A stretch of 64,000 nucleotides of DNA from Takakia lepidozioides (taxonomy: Eukaryota; Plantae; Bryophyta), in contig CM060731.1 of the NCBI GenBank assembly GCA_030704615.1, positions 44,144,001 to 44,208,000 of the forward strand. Reading direction: 5' to 3'. Each line of letters starts with the position of its first letter. Position 1 is the stretch's first letter. This document shows positions 52,180-63,388 of the stretch, piece after piece. The notes beneath the pieces are model-generated. The model saw only the letters and a program-made list of their open reading frames with translations. It ran no database searches and was not told the DNA's origin. Position numbers and translations under genes: made by a program.

Positions 52180-53135
52180 CGTTGCTCAACCATAGCCAAG
52201 CTGATAATCCAGGTCAAGCAATTGAGATCCATTGCTTGCCCCAACACCTGATGACGTGATGCCTCAGAAAGAGACGACACCATCGTGGTACCAGTGGTAA
52301 AAGCCCATCGCCCGCTCACGCTCGTCAGCATTAGGCTCCACTAACTGCTGCAACTGAGCATCCCATAGGAGGCCAGGTCCACTATCCCGGAAAGCATGCG
52401 ATCATGGGAAGCTGAGCAGGTGTAGGTAATGCGCTGCTCGTGGTTGACCCACCCTGTTGACCACTACCAAAGACGAACGGTCATCGTGTCTCACACGCTG
52501 AGACTGCCTCCATGTGTCCAAAATGCTATCCATTGTGAGGTGTGCTGGCCGCTGCATCCCATCAAATGCACGCTTGAGCAATGCGGGTGGCATCAAGTTA
52601 GTCCACCATAGCCGTGGACGATGAGCCCGTGACCCCACTACAGCTACATCTAGCAACACTGCTGACCCAAGCCACGACCGGACTTGATGCACACTGGCCA
52701 TCATCCTGGCACGAGAATCGCCCATCAGTGGCACATTCTCCAAGATGTGTGCTGGAGCTACAACTTGATGAAGCTGCAAATGGCGCAAAACCCGACCCCG
52801 AGTCTCGCAATCCATGGTCATGCCCGGCTGATAAATGCCCTTGGCAGGGCCAACCTGCCACTACCAGATCAATGGAGCCAACCCGTTCCAAGACCTGTGT
52901 CCCCATCAACGAAATGTCTGATGGCAAGGCTTGCTGATATCCACGAACTACAGAGACCGGCAACAACTCAGGGTATTGCTGCACCAACTGAGCAACATGG
53001 CAAAGTGAAACGGGTCGTGCAATCTCATCCCTCTCCACATACAAGTAACGCCGAACTTGCACACTGCCTGTAACACAGCAGCCAAATCCGGTGCTGATCC
53101 CGCCAAAACAAGTCCAGAAGACAAATGCCTTCATC
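52180..53135 (-). pseudogene. C5-cytosine DNA methyltransferase domain embedded in pol (frameshifted)
   Basis: Motifs in canonical order: I ICLLDLFGGISTG, II YLYVERD, III SDI, IV DLVVAGWPCQG (catalytic PC intact), VI ILENVP, VIII GSRAHRPRLWWTN, IX EPNADERERAMGF, X RHQVLGQAM. Confidence 0.92.
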
Positions 53136-53236
53136 CGGATACTGCCACAACATAGGTGTGGTGTCCAATGGAGATAACTGAGGTTGGCCTGGTGCAATCC
53201 CCGCACTCTTCTCCTCTCCTGATGGTACAAAAGCCT

Positions 53237-56041
53237 CTACCAAGCTTGTTGCACCCGTCGATCAGCAACCTGCTGCAAATCCTTGTTCGTGCCCCACAAT
53301 GGAGTCTGAGCAATCATGGCAGGCAACTCCGCCATACCATGCATGTCATCCTGCTCTCCCGGAGGTGACACATCCTCTGAATGAGCGTTGCCCTCAAGCA
53401 ATTTTCCAGGCCACCTCACTGCAGCTGTGAATGCTGCTAGTGTCGGCATCTTGTCTCGCTGGGCAACCGTAACTCGTCCTATGAATGTCACAAGGAGTTG
53501 CACACGCCGGCCCTCCCCTGACTGCCATCCAGGCCTATAGGAAGCTGACTCCTCCCAAAAATCTAGGGTGAAGCCCATGGGGTACAACACTGCCCCACCA
53601 ACCAGAACATCGTACGAGACCCCGTCTGTCACAATGGCCTTGGCTCGCATCACTGAGCCATTTGTAGGGTGATCCGGCCATAGTCTGATAGCCAACTCAC
53701 GCCGTGTCATGCCCCAAGCCTGCTCCGATGCTCCCAAAGACATCTGTATTTGGAAAGGACAAGGCTCCATATCCGCCTCCGTGAGGCCCAAGCCTGCAAT
53801 AGCAGCTCTGCCTAGCATCAATGGCTGAGCTCCCGAGTCCAACAAGACCCGCAGTGGCCGGTACCTCTTGCCTGCCGGTCCACTCAAACAGAAAATGCCA
53901 TCCTGGTTGTCTAACATGACAACTTCAGGTGTCACCATGGCGCGCTCAATGGCTGGCCTAGCTGACAGCTCCATCAACCTGGCAGCTGCAGCTTGCCATG
54001 GTGCTGCCGTGGCAGTCTTGACCCTCAAATCCGAGGATCCCTCCGGCACTACACCTCCCACTATCTCCACAGAAGATGAAGTAACCTCCCCACTCTCACA
54101 GAGTGTAGCTGCCAGCCTGAACACCTCAACTGGTCTTACCCCCGGCGTCACAATCATGGTAGCCGTGAACAATGGAGCCTGGCACACAGATGTGGCCACT
54201 CCCAGCAGCACACTAGCTACCGTAGCCTTGGCAACACTAGGTAGTGGTGCTGCCCGTGTAGCTCTCCCCAATGGCATAGTAACCTCCACCTCGGTAATAG
54301 TCGGGCGAGAACTAGGTGCCATGGATGGAGTCAACACTGTCTCCGCCAATGTGAATGACTGAGGAAGCCTAGCCTGACGGCTTGCCTCCCCACGCTGTGG
54401 ATCCAACTCTACATCTACACCTCGTGGCTCGGGAACTCGTGTTGCTCCTCGAATCACGGCTGCAGCAGACTCCACCTGCACTAGTGGTAATGCTGCTCCG
54501 CACATGAATCCCATGCTTCCCATATCTCCTCCCTCAGGAACAGGAGGTAGACCATCCGGCCTTGGAGCTGGTATCACCTGAGCTGTAGCCATGGCAACGA
54601 GCCTCTGCTCTAGCTGCTGAAGCCGGTTGGCCATGCCTTGGTCAACACCCTGACCTCCGCGTCCTTGGCCATGTTGAGCTTGCCTTTGGCCTGCACCTTG
54701 TGCCTGGCCACCTCGTCCTCTTTGGGCTGCTCCACCTCGCCCCCGGCCAGCTTTGTTCCCTTGGAACTAGCCTGGGCGCAACTCAGGATGCAAACCATAA
54801 CAATGGGCATCTCCATGCCCGTACTTGCCAAAATGCCCACACTGCAACTGTGCAGGCTGTGCATGTGCCGGCCATTTGCCTCCCTCTGGGCAATCCTTCT
54901 TGACATGGGGTCCTCCACATGTCCAACACACCACCTCCGCCCGTTGTTGGCCTGCAAATGAAGGGAGAGACCCCTGCATCTGAGGTCCTCTCTGTCCTTC
55001 CCTGAGCTTCACTTGAGCCCCCTTGTTGCCTTGAGCACGTTGAGGTAGTGGTTGGCTAGGAGCACCACTACCCCGTGGTGTCTCCTTAGCAAATCCCACC
55101 ATGACCACTCGTTCCTCCACCATGTTGAACTCTATCCGCTCTGCCAGCAAAAACACATTTGCTAAGGTGGGTTGGGCCGCTTGTAGGAGAGTTGCATCCC
55201 GCACCCTTCTCCTCAGCTCCTTGTCCAATATCCCATACCAGAATTGGACTGCCTGAGCCTCCGTAACCCCTTGGGTTATATTAATCAAGCACCTCATGCG
55301 AGTGAAAGCCTCCCTCAAGCTCTCAGTAGGCTTCCGATGGAACTCTTGCAAGCTCCGCAACTTCTCTGTCATCACCCCTTGGTAATTCCCTCTCAACTCT
55401 TCGAAGAATTCCACAACAGGGTTGAAAGCAGGCACGGGTACTGGTGCGATAGTGGCTTGGGTGGACGTCGTAGCTACGGTACCACCAGTCCCACTAGTCC
55501 CACTGCTGCTTGCTGAAGCTGCCGGTGCAACGGCAGGTGTAGTCACTGCCCTCGTGGCTCTAGTGCCCCTAGTGATGGAGACATAGTCGGTTGACCAGTA
55601 TATCCTCCACTCCTCGATCTCAACCTCATGCCCCCACCTGAACTCATGGTAATCATCCATAGGCGGCCCCTCAAGGTGCTGAAACAGCCCCTTCCATGCC
55701 ATGAAAGGCGTAAATAGTTGTGGATTGTGCATTTGCTGCAAATCACACCAACTATCAAACTCTTGGACAAAATCATCCAACTCGATGGTGCCCACCACCC
55801 CAGAGTACCTTCGTGGCCCCTTGGTAGCTCCATACATCTCCTCCATTGTGTCCCACAACAATGGCAAGGAAACAACTTGCACCGCCAGTGTGAGTTCTCC
55901 TGATTCACAATCCGAATCAGAACCTTCCGTAGAAGACACAGGAGGTGAAGGTGGCCTAAACTGTACACTTTGTCTCGTGTACCCACTAGTATCGTTAGTG
56001 CTCGAACCGGCACTGTCCCCAACAACTAGTGGCATCTCCAT
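53237..56041 (-). pseudogene. gag and aspartic protease of the DNMT element
   Basis: ORF 54767-56041 has LDDFVQEFDSWCD..FHRKPTESLREAFTRM and knuckles CWTCGGPHVKKDC / CGHFGKYGHGDAHC. ORF 53237-54634 has protease VLLDSGAQ..YDVLVG. Confidence 0.88.
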
Positions 56042-56794
56042 GTTGACAAACTGTCACTCAACCGGTCATGAACATGTCCCTAACCCCCTCTCCACAAGGT
56101 AACCGGGTAGAGAACATGTTGCGGCTTATGGTTTGGAATACTAGGTTCCTAACATAGCCTACACCTGCACCTGCATCCACCGCAAGCACTCCTATGGTTG
56201 GCTGGTCATCACCTCCAACCTCACCACAGGAGAAACTATGATGGCCTGACTGGTCATCACCCCAGCCTCACCATCGACAACATGCTCTAGGACTGGCCGG
56301 TGATCAAATCCGGACCAATCACCTATAAAAACAAGCGCCTACACAAAACTAACATGGCGCACAGTCAAGCATGCAGGTATGGAGGGGATCCAAACACAAG
56401 AAATCAGAACGACAACTCCCCCACACCAAAAACAACTCCACGGTGTTGCTCCTGCAACAATACCCCAGCCCAAACCCGGACTGACTCTTGTCTCCACCTA
56501 CGGAAAGGTCTTGGCCTAATGAGAGGGTGGAAAACTACGAGGAAGATAAGCTAAAGCAATGCCTAACCCCAACATGCCCTCATCCCAACACTCTTCCTCT
56601 CCTCTCTTCCCTCACTTGCATGACCATGGGAATATCATGAAGATACTCCTCAAACCGCCCTCCACGAGCTTCAAAATTCGGCCTTCAAGACCACATGCCA
56701 GTCCTTAGGCAGCCCACTAGTGCCTCCATGAGTCAGCACAGGCCGTCCACAGGTCAACACGGGCCACCATAGACCAACACAGGCCCACACAGAT

Positions 56795-57300
56795 CACTGG
56801 TCACAGCCGTCACAGCCCCACACAGGCCACAGCCTATCACAGCCCGTCACAGCCCCAAAAGCCACAGGTCACAGCCTGTCACAGCCCTACACAGGTCACA
56901 GGGTCACAGCCCCACAGGTCACAGGGTCACAGCCCCACAGGCCACAGCCTGTCACAGCCCATCATAGCCCCAAAGGCCACATGTCACAGCCTGTCACCGC
57001 CCCCAAGGCCACAGGGCACAGCCTGTCAGAGCCCCTCACAGCCCTCACAGCCTGTCACAGCCCTACACAGGTCACAGGGGTCACAGCCCCTCACAACCCC
57101 ACAGGGCACAGGGCACAGCCTGTCACAGCCCGCCACAGCCCCACAGGCCACAGGGCACAGCCTCTCACAGCCCGTCACAGCCCACAGGGCACAGCCTGTC
57201 ACAGCCCCACAGGCCACCTATCACAGCCCATCACAGCCCTACACAGGTCACAGGATCACGGCCCTACATGCCACAGCCCGTCACAGCCCGTCACAGCCCC
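56795..57300. repeat. Irregular tandem array of (G/T)CACAG(C/G)C units in the 5' leader of the DNMT element
   Basis: Dozens of tcacagcc / ccacagg / gtcacag units. Confidence 0.9.
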
Positions 57301-57779
57301 ATCCCTGGCCACTCATGGCAGTTTAGCCATTTCTCTAAGGGGTTTAGCCACGCCAAGCTAGGGTTTGTGTCTCTTGGACTCTAGGCTTCTTGGCACCGAA
57401 CTATGGCGGCTGTGAAGAAATCAGCAAGGTATTCTTGCTCTTTCGGCTCCCACACACCACCAATAGTAGCCCTAAGCCATGAGGAAGATGGTTGCCACAA
57501 ACCAAGCCTTCTTTCTCAATTAGACTTCCCAAACACGCCACTAAACTCAATGGTAAACAACCAAGCCTTGCTGGTTTCCAGCCCTTGTGAGCACTCATTC
57601 AAGCGTTTTCCTTGGCCATAGCATCTGTCTTAGAGCCTATTCCAGCCCCCTACACCTGCCACTTCAAGAGCCATGCTCTACCTAGGCTTGAGGTTGAAAC
57701 CCCACCTCAAATATGCCCTACAAGTGCTTTTCTTTCACCCAGGTGGGAACCAGCCCTAGCCCTTCCATTCTAGCTCTCT

Positions 57780-58160
57780 AAAGCTTGAAAACAAAAGCCC
57801 AATGGACTGAAGGCATGCTCCACACATGCCCCACTCTCACCACAAGAGAATCAGCCCCTTTGCTTCATTTCTTGCACCCACAAACCTGAAAATACAAGCT
57901 TCAGCGGGCTGGAAGCATGCTCCACACATGCCCTACAGGGAAACCAGTCCCTTCCAGCCTTTCTTGCACTCCCAAACCTGGAAGTACAAGCCTTCAACAG
58001 GTTGAAAACATGCTCCACACATGCATTGCCCTCACATAAGAGAAGTCAGCCCTTCCCTCTTCCTTACTTGCCCTCCAAGCTTGAAGATGGAAGCTTCAAT
58101 GAGCTGAATACATGCTCTACACATGCAACCTCTTCACACAAGAGGTATCAGCCCCCTATC
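57780..58160. repeat. Four diverged ~100-bp tandem units in the 5' leader
   Basis: catgctc(c/t)acacatgc recurs at ~57814, ~57917, ~58009 and ~58111, with shared flanks aa(g/c)c(t)tg(a/g)a and tcagccc. Confidence 0.75.
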
Positions 58161-58555
58161 TTGGCTCCTTGGCTCCTTGATGCTCTCTAAGACAAGACTA
58201 AGCACTCCACAGCCTTTGCCAAGCTCCTGAAACCCTAAGGCTTACATTTCCAGCCACAAGACACTCCTCTTGACTGGTCCTCTTCCCAATCGTGCTTGCT
58301 CATGCATGTACACAATCTGAAACCATCAAGGTGCTCTGGAATTACCTGCGGCATGGTGCTTTCATCTCTGAAGCTGAAGATCGAATGTCAAGGTCTACTA
58401 CCTCGTAACCCACATCGCCTCCGCTTCTAACAACCAAGGGCTCCACGGTGCTCCTTACATAACAACCTGGTTTCTCTCATCCTCAAGCAAAAACCACAAG
58501 TGCTACAACTAACTCGTATCTGGCACTCACAGATACGAGCTGATCTTTCTCGAGT

Positions 58556-58853
58556 GATAAAGAAGAAGAATACAAGCACAAGCTCATGCAAGCTCACAAA
58601 GCTGAAGCATAAACTCATGCATATATAAACTCATCACTCAAATACAAGTCAAGCCAAGTGCACCCCACGCCATGGGGAATCCACACTATGGCGCCATAGC
58701 TAGGCGCGGTGAGGCTCAACTCGAGAAAGATGAGCCTTGCCGTGAAGATAACCACTCCAGGGCCTAAATCTGTCTTGACCCCTGGATTGACACTTGGGCC
58801 AATCCCAAATGTCAATATGTAAAAGCTAGCTATTTCCTAGCTAGTTTCACACT
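58556..58853 (-). repeat. Split direct repeat A1 (5' terminus, outermost ~22 nt missing)
   Basis: Matches 47650-47955; similarity stops at ..tttcacact (58853). Confidence 0.9.
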
Positions 58854-59195
58854 CGACTTGAGCACCAGAAGTTGCATTAGCAGAGAAGTACTCTGGAATG
58901 CATCCATGATCCCATTAACTTGACATGTATTAAAAACTTCCGATTCAATTTATTCAACTATACCAAAACATCAATTAAAAAATGAAGCATGAATCGGGAT
59001 CGAGTTGAAGAATATGGATGGGAGGGCGGTGATTTGAAGTATGGCGCAACATGAAAAATCGAAGGGTTCTTATTTTGAATTGATTATTTAATATATATAT
59101 ATATGATATGCTTGTGTGATAGGTCAAAAATTTGTCAACCTATCATGTTGAAGCATTTTCTCAAAGTTGTTTGCTACAATGAAAAGCCCAACCGA

Positions 59196-59262
59196 AAAAT
59201 AAAAATAAAAAAATAAATAAATAAATAAATAAATAAATAAATATATATATATATATATATAT
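59196..59262. repeat. Compound (AAAT)n(AT)n microsatellite
   Basis: Directly visible. Confidence 0.9.
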
Positions 59263-60327
59263 ACCTAAAAATGTAGGCAGACATGTTAAACGAACACCAT
59301 TGACATACCACTCTCAGTTGAGATTAGTGGCATTTGAAAGTTCCGTAAAGACCCGACCAAGATTAGACCTGGTCAACATTTCTTAGTCAGAGAGGATGAC
59401 ATCTTTCGCGGAAGGATTTCTCCGCAAGGTGAGACCTTGGAAGGTTCCTACTTTTCTCGAGAGAAGACACCTTACGTCACAGAAGGTTCATGCTCTTGTG
59501 AGCCCTCCGATTAAGATGATCCCAACCATCGATGCGTAAAAAAATCCTTGATGTTTCTTTTAAGCAGGGTGAGGCCCTCGGACAAGGGGCCTTACTGAAA
59601 CTCGGGGTGTAGGTTAGAGGGCCCTATTAGTGCCAAAATAACAGTTTTACGAGCAAATTCACCTTGTAAATGGTCCAAATTTGCCAATTTGTTTTCACAA
59701 GGGTTTAGATTAAGTAGTTTAAATACACCAGAAGCTTTAAAATTCCAAAATCAGCCTAATTTACGACCTTCAATGGACATAAATAGCACAACACTTAGGG
59801 AGGTATCCAAAAATCAATTTTTCCCTGTATTGATCACACCAAAATCTATTAAAGGCCATATCCAACCCTATTGTTGTAAATTCAAGCTTCCTATTTATGG
59901 CCAGGTTGGGTTTTATTAAGCCATTCGATTTCACCTACTTAACAGCTATATAGTGGACATTTGGATCTATGAGAGCTTCTAGGAATGAGTGGTCTCTATT
60001 TTACTGACACATGGAGATTGTGGACATCGAAACTTGGCGAAGGGAGTTAGATTGTAATGTGTATATGTGGTCCCATACCGTTTTCAACACTGGTGCTGTG
60101 ACATCGAGAATACAGGGATATGGAAAAGATTGTCAATTTCATTGCATTGAAGAACCAAGACAAAATATAATACGTTGGGTTTCTACTTTATCAATGCTTC
60201 CATGACCAACCTGGCTTTTTCAGCAGAGAAACGAGCTCTCTCTACCTTGCTGCTTCACACTCAACATTTTCTTTAGCCTTATCTATTGCTTTATCTTTCT
60301 TTTCTCTTTCTCTTGAAGCAATTGTCT

Positions 60328-60420
60328 TGTCGTGCGCATACGTATAGCTACACAACTACATCGATGTCCAAACCACACAACACATATGTACACACAAACC
60401 AGTTTGCCACAATAGATAAG
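60328..60420 (-). repeat. Diverged fragment of the B2 terminus and A2/B2 junction of the split-repeat family
   Basis: tgtcgtgcgcatacgtatagctacacaactacatcgatgtccaaaccacacaacacat..ccacaatagataa matches 47471 onward and 47641-47654. Confidence 0.8.
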
Positions 60421-61329
60421 ATACATAAACCAAAGCATAGAGAGAAAAAGAAGACTCGAGCCAAAACCGGCGTAACTAGAGCCACTTCGCCTTACGACTA
60501 CTGCCCCATTTTCGGGGGTGGGCCCTATAAAGAAAACAGGTGTCTAGGGGACACCGGGTAGCCCGGGAATAGTGGTACCTAGGGTACTCGGGGTACCGAA
60601 GACAGATTGGATTCAAGTTGCTTCATCTTACATCCTCAAGATCTTTTCATTTTACTGGTGACAAGCCTTTCACTTGAGGCAGCTTCTTTTTTTCCTTGTT
60701 TTGCTCACCTTACTGGTTTGGTCTAGGAGGTGACGTTGCAATTTTGTGGTTCATATATATAGATGTAGATCATGTTCATAGAATATGAATACTTTCATTA
60801 TGCAACATACTAGGGTAGATCAATAACTCATTATCAAACTAGTGTTAGAAACTACTGCTTCTAAGTTCAATGAAACATATCATAACGTAGAATACACAGA
60901 TGGTATGCCACATGACATTTCCAAAGAGAGGATTGCTAAACCATTGCACGCTGATTTTTTAATTAATTATTATAAGCTTAGCATTTTAATTAAAGAATGT
61001 CGTAGACATTGTTGCTATCACCACAATGATTTAGCTAGAGTCAGTCGTGCTACAGTTTTTCACAGAACTCTTGGTGTTAGACAACTTAAATGAATTCAAG
61101 CTGAAAAATAGAATTAGGCGATAGACTTTAGAAACTAAATTATGACTCATCGCAAGTCACAACGACATCAAGTTCAGGCATCGAAGAATTGTCATCCCGA
61201 AGCTACTTTGACTAGTCTTGTGCCAGTTCCACACCCAAGAAGAAAACGATCATCTGTCAAAGAAAATCTGAACTGTGAAGTGATGGAACATGCGATTAAG
61301 AAGACTTTCAGAAAGGAAAAAACGGGTAA

Positions 61330-61535
61330 ACAAAGCACAACCAAATCCTGGACATCTGAACAGATGGAAACAACAATACCTGAGGTGAAATAAGACTGGA
61401 TTACTATCTCAGGTGACACTTGGAAGTATGGTATCCATCGCATCTCAATTCGATATTGGTTGAATAAAAAGTACAAGCAAAAAAAAAGACTTGGTCCTCG
61501 TACTCAATTAACCACAGAGGAACTGGAGCTTGAAG
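61330..61535 (+). mobile_element. Remnant of a pogo/Tc1-mariner-like transposase N-terminus (HTH_psq-like)
   Basis: KSWTSEQMETTIPEVK*DWITISGDTWKYGIHRISIRYWLNKK..KRLGPRTQLTTEE fits the W-x-x-E-x-M..V..YGI..W..K-x-GP-x-T-x-LT-x-EE pattern; contains an in-frame stop. Confidence 0.65.
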
Positions 61536-61559
61536 ATGCAAACATTGGGCTGTTCAATT

Positions 61560-61812
61560 TGTCAAGTTAATTTTCTAGTAGTGTGAAACTATATAAGAAA
61601 TAACTAGTTTTTGTATATTGACATTTAGGCTTTACCAAAATGTCAATCCAGGGGTCAAGAGACTTGTTGGTCTCAGGGCGTGGTTTATCTTCACGGCAGA
61701 CGCGGTGAGGCTCATCTTTCTCGAGTTGAGCCTCCCGCGTCTGGCTATGGCACGCCGTATGTGGATTCCTTACACCTTGGGGTGCACCGGGCTCGACTCC
61801 ATGAGTTGAGTG
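61560..61812 (+). repeat. Diverged copy of repeat A (5' terminus) of the split-repeat family
   Basis: Starts tgtcaagttaa, aligns to the reverse complement of 47730-47975, and keeps gaggctcatctttctcgagttgagcctc exactly. Confidence 0.85.
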
Positions 61813-62412
61813 AACTGCAAATAAGGTTATAATTTGTTGACACAACCATGCAATATGATATATACATAAATTCCTATAGCGACGTAATGAAACCAGATGA
61901 TTCTCACTCATCAATGCTGGCACCTACCAATGACGACCCTCAGATTATACAGTACCAACATGGCTACTCCCGTGTGTATGCCGACCTCACGCACCCTACA
62001 CTTGCCCCGCTAGCTGACTCTGGATATCCTACTAGTCCAGGGACTCCACATTAACGCTTCCCCTCCCACTGCCCCTTCCAGAGCCATTACCATACATTTC
62101 ATAGAATTTGCATACTGCCATGACCGCTTTCCAAGCTCATCTATCCTCGAAAAATGCCAAAAATATGCATAACTTATCATTGTTATCCGCCGGCGAGGCT
62201 GGGTCACACGCTTATTGTCATCTCTGCGAGAGAGAGACTTAAGCGGCGAATTTCGAAGCTCAAGGATCTATTGAATCGAGACAATTTAAATTTCAGATCT
62301 GCTTAATGCATAGTTGCGCCCCTTATGATAGTATCTTCTTGAATGTATTGGGGCATCTTAACGGTTGTCCCCTCTTTATACACTATGTCATAAAGTATGG
62401 TGGTTGCTCCAA

Positions 62413-62480
62413 ATCTAAAATTACATTACTTATATATCAGAATATGATCTAAAATTACATTACTTATATATCAGAATATG
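62413..62480. repeat. Perfect 34-bp tandem duplication
   Basis: atctaaaattacattacttatatatcagaatatg occurs twice. Confidence 0.9.
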
Positions 62481-63137
62481 TTATGTAGAAATGGTGAAAG
62501 GTATTTGATCCAACACTTCAGTATTTTATGCAATCAAAATTTGTAGATCACTTCGTTGTATTAGAATTATGTCCATGATAGGAGCTATAAAGGTGGCTTT
62601 ATGGTGCTTTCATGGCTGCAATAGGAGATGTGGTTTGATCCATAGTGGGTAAGAAAGTGGCTTTAATAGAGCGCATTTGCATGGCAAATATGAGGTATCT
62701 TGCTATGGTAGGGCCCTCTACCCTAGGCACTTGGCTACCGCCTCGTGCGAGGCGGTAGCCCTCATTTTAGGAAGGAGGCCGCCCTCCTGGGGCCTCACCC
62801 TGCCATGTACAGTCAACCCTATTTTACTATTACCTGCTTATGTGATATTTCACTGTAAATGTTATGGTTTTGATACTCTGGAAAAAATACACTAGAAAGC
62901 ATGTCAAGAATGTTAAATGGTTAATTGTTATTTTATCCTACTCTTCATAATGTTACACCTCCATACTAGTTAGATTCCATAAAGAGACGTCCCCAAAATA
63001 GAGCATCCATTCATGCCTTTCTTTTTTCTCCTGAAGTCACAAACTGGAAAGTGATGGCTCTCATTAAAGGCCGCAACAGTGAGTTATGAGGATAGAAGAT
63101 AGTGTAGACCAGAACACTGATTGGTTATTACTTAAGA

Positions 63138-63300
63138 CGGCTATGGCGCACGTAGTGCAGATTCCCCATAGCTTTTGGGGTGTGCTTGGCTTGACTTGTA
63201 ATGCATGAGTGATGGTGTCTAGTTTTTATTAATCACTTGAGAGAGATGACCTTGCATCATTAGTGCGAGATGTGAGTTTTTAGTTAAGCACTGTTTACTT
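63138..63300 (+). repeat. Older relic of repeat A running into the 5' leader of the split-repeat family
   Basis: ggctatggcgcacgtagtgcagattccccat..ggggtgtgcttggcttgacttgta..gagtgatg, then atcacttgagagagatga..agtgcgagat..gagtt..agcact, parallels the reverse complement of 58500-58700. Confidence 0.65.
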
Positions 63301-63388
63301 TGAAGCGGTTGCCGTTGTAGTGTTTATTTTGGGTTAATCGGACATTGAAGCTGAGAATAGTCCAGCGATGGAAGACTGGTTGTCCCCC

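Larger units (their letters stand above)
47471..58853 (-). mobile_element. Ty3/Gypsy-type retrotransposon carrying a C5 DNA methyltransferase and a PHD finger, bounded by split direct repeats (A1-ORFs-B1-A2-B2)
   Basis: Order gag-PR-DNMT-RT-RH-INT-PHD. Repeats: A1 58556-58853, B1 47978-48164, A2 47650-47975, B2 47471-47645. Purine tract AGCTAGGGGGGC lies just before B1. Confidence 0.9.

Noticed and set aside
61900-62210. Possible degenerate coding sequence on the minus strand
   Set aside because: Too fragmentary to assign.
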